From the NCBI RefSeq assembly GCF_018977255.1, contig NW_024704743.1, positions 868,001 to 932,000 of the forward strand: a stretch of 64,000 bases of DNA, read 5' to 3'. Below, piece after piece: positions 23,801 through 36,773 of the stretch. The number at the start of each line of letters is the position of its first letter. Within the stretch, counting starts at the first letter, position 1. The notes beneath the pieces were generated by a model. It searched no databases. It had not been told where the DNA came from and saw only the letters and a list, made by a program, of their open reading frames with translations. Position numbers and translations under genes: made by a program. This stretch comes from Callorhinchus milii (lineage: Eukaryota).

Positions 23801-26800
23801 TACTCTCAAAAACAATTGTTGCGTAAAATAGCTGCGGAATGACTAACAAAGGTTCCCTCACAGACCGAGATGCTATTCAGGAACTCGATGCCAATCTGAA
23901 AGAGAGTCGCAAGATCGCAGGCGAAAGGCCCCTCTATTACGCCGGGATGTTCCTGTGGCTGATGGACCGTCACGAGAAAGCCAAAGAGTACATCGACAGG
24001 ATGCTGAAAATCTCCAGTGGATCGAAGGAGGTATGTATGCGATCGCCTTTCCTTCCGGTAAACCCAATAAACTGTCAAAGGACGAGCATCACAGTTGGTT
24101 CAGTGGATAAATAATAATAATAATAATAACAATCCTGACATTTGATAAGGTGCCTATCACCAGGAAACTGGGAGAGACTCCTTTCACATCACCTCCCGCC
24201 TCACTATTCCAATGCCCTCCTCGCCGGTCTCCCCAGCTCCACTATCCGCAAAATCCAGTCAATCCAGAACTCCGCCACCCACATACTCACCCGCCCTAAA
24301 CTCTGTACCCCCATCATACCAGTTCTTGTCAGACTCCATTGGTTCCCTATAGTCGATTCGATCGATTTAAAAAATCCTCTCACTAGTCTTCAGAGCCTTT
24401 CAAGCCCTGGCACCTCCCTACCCCTCCGACCTGCTCACTCCCTTCATCCACTCCCCATCGCCTCCATTCAATTGGTTCCGGCCTCCTGTTTGTTCCTCGC
24501 GTCTTCCGTTCCACCATCGGTGGCCACACTTTCAGCCACTGCGTCCCCAAACTCTGGAAACTCTACCTCAATCCCTTTGTTTTTCCAAATACTCACGCCT
24601 AATACTCTCTGGGATGAGGCACGCAGGCTCCGAGAGAGTGCGTGTTCCACTCCAGACACAGGAATTTCTATGGGTAGGTGGTAGGCATGGAACTTCTCTC
24701 TTACTATTCTATTGCATAGCGGTTAGAGGAGAGGTCAAGTGAGAGGACTCGGGCTTGATTCCCGGGCAGGGGGCGAAATCTTAGGCAAGTTTCCTTACTC
24801 CACACGCCTCTGTTTACCCAGTAGTAAGCAGGAACACGGTTGTTTGTCGATTGGCGGATCGCTTTTCTGGGGGTAATAAACCCTTTTAAAAAAAAATTTG
24901 GTCATTGAATCCACGACTGTTTGCGGGGACGCTCTGGTGCGCAATTGACTGCCACGGTTTCACCCACAAAGTATACAGTCGATTCACTTTACAGTATATT
25001 CTGTGAAGCGCTTTGAGACGTCTCACTGACGTGATAGGGCGCTGTATGAAATGTGAGGATTACTGTTTATTATATTAACGGTTTCACCTGGTGTTTACTA
25101 TTAGGGATTGATACTTAAAGGATGGATTGATCTTACATCCGTCAAGATGACTAACATGAAGAGAGCCATGACTTACCTGGAAGAAGGACTACAGGATTCA
25201 AAGAACCTGCTTGGTTTGATGGGAAAGGTTGGGTGGTGTGTTGCAATATTGTGACCAAAACTACAATTTCTCTCTGTATTTTTTAACAAGCGTTTGCCGT
25301 CAATCCCTTGGGCAGAAATTAATTTCAAGATTATTTTAGACAGTTCTTACGTTTTGAAGCTTTGATTTCGAAGCCAGTTTTTTTCTATAACTCCATTTGA
25401 GAGCCACAGAATAACTGCCGATGACAGACATTCATTGGGAGGCCTTGGAGTTTAGTATCTCTGCCCTGGAGTGTCAGCCCAGCCCCGACTCTGAATGTAA
25501 AGTCCCGACGTGGGGCTTGAACCCACAATCTTCTTTCTGATTCTGATTTGAGCCACGCACTTCGACATCATCAGGGGGTGAGAATTCAGAACAAATCTTC
25601 AGAAACACTACTTTAGTGAGCGAGTTAGCAAACGTGTGGTGCAGTCGGTGGAAGCAGAAAGTGTTGATTCTTTCAAGATCAGATTACGTTAGATTTCTAT
25701 TAGAGAAATAATATCTCGGGATATGGTATACAGTTTGGGACATGACATGTGCATGTTACTGCCAGGATGGGGGAAGGCGAATTGGATGGACCTCAGTCTT
25801 CTTATCACTGGCAATTTGTGACGCGTGTCGATGCTTAGCTTTGTGTCTTCTGGTTTCCAAACGGCAGATCCACTACTTCCAGAAGGAACAGAATTATTCG
25901 AGCGCCCTGGAGATAGTCAGCCAGATCATTGTCACCCTCCCTGAGTTCCTCCCAGCGCTCATCATGAAGATGAGGTTGTTTCTCGCTCAGCAGAATTGGG
26001 AGCAAACTCTGGAAACAGCACAGAGGTCGGTGAGAGGAGCAAGGCTCGGCCCCTACAGGGTGACCTTGTTACGTTTTGGGACCATAACATTTAACCCCTA
26101 CCTCCATGTTTGTTGGGTTCAATCCACCACTGTTTGTAGGGCGCTGCTCAAAGCGCTTCTCAGAATATATTGCAAAGAGGATTGAATGTGTGTTTGTGGG
26201 CGAAACGCCAGTTGCGCAGACCAGTGTCCCACAAACAGTCGTGGATTGAACGACCGCATTATTTTTGAGGGATTATTACTCCCGGAAAGCGATCAGCCAA
26301 TCGACCGGGTTCCTATGTACCGCTGGGTAACCAGAGGCATATGTGTGTGTGTGTGTGTGTGGAGTAAGAAAACTTACCTAGAGGTTTCTCCCTGCCCGGG
26401 AATCGAACCCAGATCCTCTTGCTTGCGAGGCGAGGGCTCTAACCACTACGCCACAGGACACTCTTCCCCACTCCCCTCTTTCCAGCTCAGGTGCCCAGCC
26501 AGTTTTGCGGGAGCGCTTTGAGAAATCCTTCCGACGTGAAAAGTGTGATATAAAATATGCTGTTGTTGAATAACCCCAAAAAGAGTGCTCAGAGTAAACA
26601 CTGAACAGATATTCCTCCCTCCCCTTCACGCAACAAGAATTCTGCAAAAGGACAGCAGCAATGTGGATGCACTGCAGATGTTATGTCTGCACTCTCTTTG
26701 TAAAGAAGGAAACCAGACAGAGGTGGGTCTTACGAGCATCGTTGCTAATTAGTAACTGTGGCGGTTTATTCCCAGAAGGTGACGTGTCAACTGCTCTGAA

Positions 26801-29800
26801 CTACAGGTCCGAAATCCCTCATGGTCTCAGCCTTCAAGACCAATGTCAAGATGATACCAGGGCTTAAAGGCTTAAACTATGAGGACAGTGGCATAAACTT
26901 GGGCTTTATTCCCTTGAGTTTAGAAGGTTGAGGTTTGATCTGATTTTAGGTGTTTAGAACGATAAAGGGAGTCGATAGGGTAGCTACAGATAAACTATCT
27001 CCTCTGGTGAGGGGATTCCAGAACAAGAGGGTATAGTCAACATCAGAGCTTGGCCATTTAGGTGTGAAATCAGGAGGCACTTTTTCATACAAAGACTAGG
27101 GAAATCTGGAACTCTCTCCCCACCCCAAACCTGTGTATACTCGATCCATCCAAGACTGAGGTGGATAAGTTTTTGTTAGGCCAAGGTATCAAGGATTATG
27201 GAACGAAGGCGGGTAAATGGAGCTGAGCCATGATCTGATGGAATGGCAGAACCGGCTGGAAGGGCTGAAAAGGCCTCCTCCTGTTCCTATGTCTTGAACC
27301 CTAAGATCATGAAACTTCTCAAATTCCGTCTCAATGTGGAAGACGTCTTGAAATTAATGTGCGGAAAATGGCTTTCAAATTAACCCTGAGTTTAAGAATT
27401 GATGGTTTGTGTGTGAGTGTGTGTACTATATATGTATATATATACACATATACACACACTATATGCATACACTGTACATATGCTATCCCTCCCTCCATAA
27501 TTTTGACCCCTCTCACCTCCATCATTTCCCAAATTAAGCCCACCACCTTGACCTGTCCCTACCCCTCTACTTACCTCCCAGCTCCATCTCCTTGCCCCAC
27601 TACTAACTGGCATTGTGAACTTCTCTCTGTCTACTGGCACCGTCCTCTCCCCCTTAAAAACGGCCATCAACACCACCACCATCCTCAAAAAACCTTCCCT
27701 TGACACGTCTTTGTTGTCAAACCACCGACCCAGAAAGGTGCTACATAAATGCAATTTGCTGTTGTTGTTGTTTAAAAGATGGAAGCTTTTTTCTGGCAGT
27801 GGATTTTAGGCAATAAAGTCTTGCCATCTTGACATCTTCATCCCATTAGTGGGTCTCGTTGCACGGGATCTACCGTCAGATTCTCATTGAAGTGGATCCT
27901 CTCTCATTGATGGGACCCATTCTCATTGATGGGATCCACTCTGATGACTGAGATCCACTCTCATTGACAGATCTGTTCTCATCGATGTGGTCCATTCCCA
28001 TGGCGGGGGGGGGGCGGGTGGGAATCGAACCCGAAGGAAGCATCGAACTCAAACGTGTGCAAAGTCGTGCCACGAGCGATGCTGTTGTTTAACAGTGTGG
28101 GACGGGTTATCCCAACCGCGTGGCCATTTACAGGGTTTGTTCATTAACACAGGCCGAGGATTTCATCAAACAGCTAATTGGAGCCTTGGAGAAAAGTGAA
28201 CCTGAAAATCCAAAGCTTTACCAGCGTGTAGCTGTTGTGTTAAGCAGAATGGTAAGCAAACTAATGTCTTCAACTAGATTTCAACCATGTAAGCCTGGCT
28301 CAGTCGGTAGCATTCCCTCCTTCTAGTCAGAAGCCCACGGTAATAACCTTTGCGTTTAACAGAGCGCCTTGTCACGTCAATGAGACATCTTAAAGCACTT
28401 CACAGAATATACTGTAAAGTCATAAGATTATCGCGCACAGAGCAATAATATATACCACACATAGTCGTGGATTGAGTGACCAAATGATTTAATTATCATT
28501 TCTTTTTGGAAGGGATTATTAACCCCCCCCCCTGGAATTGTATGAATTGCTTTGAGATGTCCTCCTGATGTACCAAACGCAAGCATTTTTTTTATATTAG
28601 TAACTCCAGTTGAAGGAGCAGGCACCGACGTGGATTCAGCGCGTGCCTTCGCTGCTGTTAGCTCTACGGACCTGTTCGCTGCGCTTGTCTGTTTCACAGT
28701 GTTCACGGAACAACACCATCCTGGAGCAGACGTACAGTTTGGTCGAGCATGCTGTCCACTTGAACCCAGGGGACGCAGAGATGGTGACGGAGTTGGGCTT
28801 TCAACTGATCCTCCAGGGGAAGGTGGGACAGGCAGCCAAGCAGTACATGGCAGCCATGAAACTGGATGAAAGCAACATGCCCGCCCTGACAGGTTGTGGA
28901 ATCCAAAGCCACTGTTAACCAAAGCCTCAAATAATAATGATCTCGCATTTAATAATAATGATCTTGCATTTAATAATAATGATCTTGCATTTAATAATAA
29001 TGATCTTGCATTTCATAATAATAACAATAATAATCCTTGCATTTAATATTAATAATCCTTGCATTTAATAATAACTATCCTTGCATTTAATAGCAACAAT
29101 AATCCTTCCGTTTAATAATGATTCTTGCATATAATAATAATGCCTATTTTTAGAACAAATCTGCGGAAACACGAGTGAAGCACTTTGAGACGTCTCAACG
29201 ACATGACGAGGCACCGTATCAAACGCAAAAATTATTATTAGGGCATTATAATTTGCCAGCTGAGTGAAGGGGTAGGGAGCAGAGTTTTTCGTTGCAAGTT
29301 AGGGAGCATGAAGTGATTTGTAAGAGAACGTGAGGATCTTGAAATCGATCTGTTCTGAGACCGGGAGCCAGCGGAGTCCGGCAAAGTCTAAGATGATGGG
29401 GTGATGGGGGTGCAGAGCTTCGCTTTACTTGCATTTGGAGGTTGAGAACAAAAGGCTAAGGCCAAGAAGATGGTGGAGTTTTTACAGGGTCTGCGTTTTA
29501 CACGCTGCTCACAGAGAATTGGTTAACCTCCAAGGAGACGAGGGTGCGATTCTTTAACATGAAAATGGTGGGTTTGTCTCCAGGAAGAATTCGAGCTCAG
29601 ATTCTACAAGGGCAGATCCAAGATGCGGAGCAGCAGTTGGAATTCTTGAGGGAAGTGCAAGAATCCATTGGAATGTCTGGGGTGAGGAACAGTTTGGGAA
29701 TTGGGGTGGGTTAAGCGGGATCTCTTTGGAGTTGGGCTGCCTCCATTGGAGGTTGGTTCGGATGAAGCAGGCCCTTCAGCCCATCTGATCTCACCCTTCC

Positions 29801-31923
29801 ACAACACCCATCCCAACACGCCATTGAGCTGTTTTTTTTTAAAATGAGTCGAATGTCCTGGCCTCACCAGCACATTGATTAGCAACCGGGTTCATATTAC
29901 CGCCAGGCAAACAGAGGATTGTGTGTGGAGTAAGGAAACTTGCCTAAGGTTTCGCCCTGCTCGGGAATCGAACCTGCGTCCTCTTGCCTGCGAGGCGAGT
30001 GCTCTAACCACTGAGCTACAGGTCTCCACGGTTAATGATCCACCGGGCTCCCTGGCTCCTCCGTAGGACTTGGAGGAGTGAGGAGTCCACTCACTCGGAG
30101 CTGGAATTCTTCCCACTTAGTTCCTGTCAAGCCAAAGCCCTCTTAAATTAAATTTCGAAGACTAAATGCTCTCACAGGCTAAAACGATGGTGGAATTTTT
30201 GGTCTTTGCTTATGATTTGCCGAGAATAGTCATTAGACTTTATAATGAATCTTGTGAAGCGCTTTGAGATGTCCCTCCGACATGCAAGGTACTATATCAG
30301 ACATAATATTAGTAGTGTATTTGATTTAGTGCCTTTTCCTGTTAAAATGCCTCAAAGCTCTTCACATGGATTTCGGCAAAGTGTAGTGACTCTGTATGTA
30401 GGGAGTCACAATGGCTAATCTGCACACAGCAGATTGCCCACAAACGGCCATGAAACGGCCATATATTTTATCTGGAGGCTTGTCATCCAGGACACCGGGA
30501 GAGAGAAACTTCCTTCCCTTTTCCTGACAGTCCCGGTTTAACGTCTCATCGTTTAAACATCTGATTCGAAGGATGGCACCATCAACCACACATTATAATG
30601 TTGTAGAGTCAGCCTGGATTATGAGCCCCATGTTGGCACTTTGAAGTCACAGTCTAGGCAGTATTGATGCAGTATTTATTTTTATTCCGCTGGAAACAAC
30701 TGCCATGTTTCTGTTCCAGGAGCTGGCTTACCTTCAAGCTGTTATAGCCGCAGAGAGAGGCCAAGGGCAACAACTGATCACTAAGTTGCTGAAGCAAGCC
30801 GCAGATATTCACTTCCTGGCCTTGGAAAACCTTCCTCTGGGTGTGGAGTACTATGAGAAACTCAACCCTGAATTCCTCCTTGACATTGTAAAGAAGCTTT
30901 TATCCTTCTGCCCACATCAGGTAGGCAGATTTGAATCTGCTTCCACGCCACCATTTCAGCCAGTGCATTCCAGACCAGTAACAACTCTCTGGGTAAAAAT
31001 TCTCTTCACGTAAACTTTTGCCAAGTGCCCTGTTGGATGTTCTCCGGGGCGATAGGTGCACTCCCTGCCCAATGCAAGGATTATTATTATTGTTCAGTTT
31101 TGATCGCTCGTTGTTTCCCTTTCCAGCCCATTACCCAAGGCCAGGCTTTATCACTGCTTCTGCGACAATGTGCCATGATATTGGACCCAGTGGTCAAAGC
31201 AGCCCCTGGGATGATGGAAGCTCTCTATTATATGGCCAAAGTCAGATTCCTCTCAGGTAAGAGGATTTTAGTGATGTTATAACTGTGGATAGATCACTTA
31301 GCTAGCAGTAAGTGGGATCCCGGGTGTTGGTCAATTGACGGATCGCTCTCCAGGGGTAATGATACCTCCTCTCCAATTAAATATTGGGGAAGTACTTCAT
31401 TAACCTGAAGGTAATTAACAACTGGATCAGGGTTAAAAGAAGGTGGTTGAGTCCAGGAGCAGAGGCTCATTTATAAAAACAGTTTGATTGCGATGATGGA
31501 TGGATGGATGGATGGATGAGAGGGTATTTGGGAAGGATGAGATACAATGAGCATCTCTGTGGTACTCTTGGTAGACCAGTTCCTGAGCCAGGCCGGTCTG
31601 CAGTGTTCCAGGGCACTCACTGCTGATGGCAGCTCAGCCTGGCCCATCGGTAGAACGGGAAGGGCACATCAGTCACTGGGGGCAGGGAATCCTCCCTCTC
31701 GGCTCCTATTAACCCTATAAGCCAAAGCCCTAAGTAGCGGATAGGGTGGTCCTAGCTGGACAAGCAGCAGGAAAGCTTGGCCAGACAGCGATTTCCATGG
31801 CAAGCTATGCGTTTTTAACTGGTTAGACTCCAACGCACACTCTGGGCTCCACCCCCAAGCCTTGGCTCTCATCAACCTGCGCCGAATACTCTCTGGAATT
31901 AGGTACGCAGGGGGCGTCCCTCC

Positions 31924-31954
<31 letters not shown>

Positions 31955-34900
31955 CATTCCAGCAATCTATCTCTGGGATTTCCGTGTGTAGGTGGTGGGA
32001 GGCGGGGAATTCTCAGATGGGTTTGGAGACTCTTAAGCAACGGCGATGGGTTTCCGCACCCGTGTGCAAAAAGAAAATGGCTGTAGCTCTCTCGTGACGT
32101 GTACTTTACCTGACCATTTCTTCATTCTTCACAGGGAAGTTCGAAACAGCGCACGGTATGCTCCAGCAATGTCTCCTGCTGGACCCCAGTTTCTCTGATG
32201 GCCACTTGCTCATGGCTCAGATTTACCTGTCCCAGGGCAACTTCAAGGAGTCTTCCCATTCCCTGGAAATGGGACTGAGCTACAACTTCCAGGTGAGAAT
32301 CTTTCTCTGGGTTTTATAACCCCCCCCCCACCACCATCAGTTTTTCTTTGGCCTGACTCTCCGTCCCATAGGGATTCCGATGTCGTGTTCAGTGCATCTG
32401 AACACTGCAAAGAGTAATTGGCGAGAGAGACATTTATACTGAGTCTAATTTTACACTCAGTCAACCGTGTAAAATCTGTAGCAGTGAGACAGCGTCTCTC
32501 TCTTGTTCTGGTGTACTCTTTCCCCAAACCTCACTCAGACGCAAATCCACAGACACACCCACACATAGACCCACACACACTCGCACATACGTCACTTGAC
32601 GCAGACGGACACATAAGCACACATTTGTACATACACAGACACACGCACGGACACACATCAAGAGGATCGGTAGGGGAGTGGCGTGTAAAACACGCACGCT
32701 TGTACACATGTGCACACACATATTATGCGTGCACACACCACACACATGCACAGATCCACACAAAGACAGCACAACACACAACAACTTGCATGTGTATAGC
32801 GTCTCTCACGCAGGGTAGCATTCCCAGAGCGCTTGACAGCACACACTGGCCCAGGGGTACACCGACTCAGATTCCCTCGCACGGACACTGGTGAGAATGT
32901 TACTAACCGAACCAGCCTCGTACCTGTGGCGATGAGGAAGTCCTTTCTATTCCCCTTTAGGTCAGAGAGCATCCTATCTATCACCTGATAAAAGCCAGAG
33001 CTTTGAATAAAATGGGCAATGTTGTGGACACCATCACAACCCTGAAAATAGCGATGAACCTGCCCGGAGTGCGACGCAGCACGGCTGGAAAGACCAAGGG
33101 CGACGCCTTCAACATCAGTACGAACGACCGGGTCTCTGTCTACCTGGAACTGGCAAACGCCCATCACGCCAACGGACAGCAGGTGACGAGACCTGAAGCA
33201 TCTGTTTCCCAAAGTCTGACAAACACGTCGAGCAGTGAACTTGGCTCAGTGGTTAATCGCTGCCCTCGTTGCTGCTCACAGAGCGTGGTGTTTCAGATGT
33301 ACCCCGAATGCATACTTTGGGGTCACCCAAGCCTGGGCTCTTGCCAATCTCCTCCTAATGCTCTTCGGAATTATGTAAGCAACGGGTGTCCCTCTGAGGA
33401 GAGTGAGTTTCCGTTCCGGACCCGGGGAAATTTCCATGTGTAGGTGATATGCATAATGTTTCCATGTGTAGGTGACATACAGAACCTTCAGTCAGGTTTG
33501 GATCCGCTTAACCAGAGCGACGGGGTTCCAGCGATGGGGTGTCAGGCGTCATCCGTGCATTTAGGGCGCTACATAAATGCAAGCTGTCGTTGTTGTCCCC
33601 TCTGCTCATCCATCGGCAGCCGCCCTTTCTCCCATTATATGCCTCAAAGCTTTGGAACTCTTCCCCCCACCCTCTCAATCCTTCCACGTTGCCTTGTCCC
33701 CTCTTTTTGATCACGCCTGAAGACCTTCCTCTTCCAGTCGCCTCCTCCCTCCCTCCCGCTGGCTCAGCGTCAGGCTCCATCCGTCACTGTTGAGCGCTCC
33801 GAGATGCTGACGCACGTGAAGGGCGCTATATAAACGCAAGCAGTAGTTGCCGTCGAACTCAGGCTTAAGTAAGACTGACCGGAGTTTCCCCCCACCCGTG
33901 GGAATATTCTCGTTTGCAGCACGAAGCCGCAAAAGTCATGCAAGACGCCATCCACGAGTTTGCGGGAACGGCGGAGGAAATCCGGATCACCATCGCCAAC
34001 GTGGACTTGGCTCTGAGCAGGGATGACCTGGAGACGGCCTTCACCATGCTCCGAAACGTCCACCCCGACCAGCCCTACTACACCGAGGCCAAGGAGAAAA
34101 TGGCACAGATTTACCTCCAGAAACAGAGGGACAAGCGGTTGTACATTGGGTGCTACAAGTAGGTGTTTACTACAGAGGAGGAAGGCATTTCCCTTGGGGT
34201 GTTCATCAGGTAGTAAGTAGGACCCGGGTTGTCAGTCGATTGGTGGATCACTTTGCGGGGCGTAATAATCCCTTTTTTTTAAAAAAAAAGAATAATAATT
34301 TGGTCATTCAATCCAGGACTGTTTGCCCGACACTGCTATCTGCAAATGGCTGCTGCATTGGGCCCACAAAGTAAACGGTCACTACACTCAATGACACAGT
34401 GTAATCTGTGAAGGGCTTTCAGACGTGTGACAAGGCAAGGATTATTATTACGCCAGGTGTTTAGAAAAGTGGTTCAAGGCCAATTTGAGTGCTATAAAGA
34501 ACATTTGTTATATTTTATCGTCTTGTAGAGACCTGTGCGACCAGCTGCCAAGTCCTCACACCAGTCTTCTTCTTGGTGACGCGTATATAAGCATCCAGGA
34601 GGTTAGTCAACAACAACAACTTGTTTTTACAGTGTCCTTCACCCGGGGCAGTGTCTTGGGGTGCTTAACAGTGCCAGAACCTCGGGGAGGGAGGGAGGGA
34701 GGGAGGGAGGAGGAGGTAGCATAAGCACGGTCGAAGACAAAACTCTTCAGTTGTGATCTAAATGAGGGGAAGGAGGGAGCAAGGCGGAGGGATTGAGGCA
34801 GAGAGTGCCAATGCTTTGGGGTCTAGTGGCTGAAAGCGCAGCCGCCACTAACAATCGAGCGGAGGGGACAAGAGACGAGCAGGCGGCCAGAGCCCGGGGA

Positions 34901-36737
34901 GAGAGAGTAGGCAGTGGAGTGGGGAGAAAGCAGGACTGTTTGTGGGGCATTGCAGTGTCCAAATTGTCTGCCGCATTTACCTACGAAATGCACAGTCCCT
35001 ACACTTTACAGTAAAATCTTGTGAAGCGCGGTGAGATGCCCACTCTTTGGAACTCCGTCCCGCAGTCCCTTCCCCTTGCTCCCCCCCCCACCCTTCCCTC
35101 CTTCAAGGCCCATCTCAAAACCCTCCTCTTTCATCGTCACCCTCCTACCCCCCCACTCTCCCCACCTTCAACCTCTCCTGATCCCAACCCCCAGCTCGGG
35201 TCCAAATCCCTGACTGACCAGCACCTTGGGAAGTCCTCCTGGCATGAAAGTTGCAATACAAAGGTAATTTGTTGTTGTTGTTCTCCTGGTGAGGATTCCT
35301 TATTAAAGGATTGGAGTGACGGAAATTGAGATGATCCCGTCCTCGGATACTCAGCACTCCGAGACGCAGGGATTCTGTTGGGAAATATCACAAGTTAGAC
35401 TCCTGTGACATCCTATCTGTAAGTGTCGCTGGATTATGGGGCCTGTAACGTTAATCGCACTGACTGCCTTTGTGTCCTTCTATTTATTCAAGCCCGAAAA
35501 AGCCATTGAGATATACGAACACGTCTTAAAGAAAAACCCTCACGACGGACACTTGGTGAAGAAAATCGGTCAGGCTTTAGTCAAGACTCACCACTACACC
35601 AAGGTAGAATCATAGCTATTACGTGGATAGGAGAAGGCCCTTTGGCCCATCAAACCTAAACTGGATCCCAGTTGGGCTAGCCAGCTCCTCTTTTTCCATG
35701 ATTAGTTTTGGTAATCCAAGTCCAATGACAGACAGACTCGATCATTGGGAGGCCCTGAAGGGTTCTAGTCACTGGGACCAGTTCACAATCAGTTCCTATT
35801 AACCCTGCAAGCCAAAGCCCTAATGGGTAGGGGGTGGTCCTAGCAGCGGGAAGCTTGCCTGACTCTCAATGGCGAGCTATGTTGATGTTGTTTTACCAGA
35901 TTAAACTTCAGCAGTTTCCACCAACTTTAGGGACACACACGCCTTGGCTTCTGCGCCTTCTGTTACTACACCCTAACCTGTGGAAGGAACTCCCTCCCTC
36001 TCTCCCTTATTGCCCCTCTTTATCTCTCTATTTAAGACCCGCCTAATAACTGGCCTCTACTACTTGCTCGTATGGTCACGTCACCTTCCCCTTCTCTCTT
36101 GCTCGGCGTCCAACTGTGCCATCGTGAAGCCCTCTGAAAAGTCGTCCTACGTGAAAGTGCGCTGTATGAATGCAGCGTTGTTGTTTGAGGTGTTTGTTTG
36201 TTGCCTGACTGCTTGCCTTTCGGGGGATTTCAGGCTGTTCATTACTATGAAGCGGCACTGAAAATTGGTGGCCAGGAATTCTTGTGTTACGACTTGGCTG
36301 AGCTCCTGCTGAGACTCGGTCTATATGACAGAGCCCAGAAGGTCCTCAGAAAGACTCTGGAGCACGGAGCGAGTAAGTTGATTCCTTTCCTAACCCCTCA
36401 ATGCTGTAGAACTGTCTTGCCCACATCCTTACCAAACTCTGCATGTCCATCGCCCCGGTAAGTGGGGTCTCCTTGGAGCTGAACTGGCTCTAAGGTGACC
36501 TGTTTGGCAACGGAACGTCGGAACCGAGCCAGCCCTCTGTGGTGGTCTCGGTAGTCTGATTCCTAAGCCGGGCGGGTCTGCGGTATTCCATGGCGCTGCC
36601 GACAAAGCACTGCCAGCCTGCCTCGTCGGCAGGATTTGAAAGAGCAGACCAGTCATGGGAAGCAGGGAATCCTCCCACTCAGCTCCTCCTCTGGGGTTCC
36701 CCAAGCCTTGCCAACTTGCGCCTCCTAATACTCTCCA

Positions 36738-36773
<36 letters not shown>

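Noticed and set aside
24142..24684. 180 aa ORF in TTC21A intron 4
   Set aside because: Degraded L2 ORF2 C-terminus ([20 protein letters not shown]); not a host gene.
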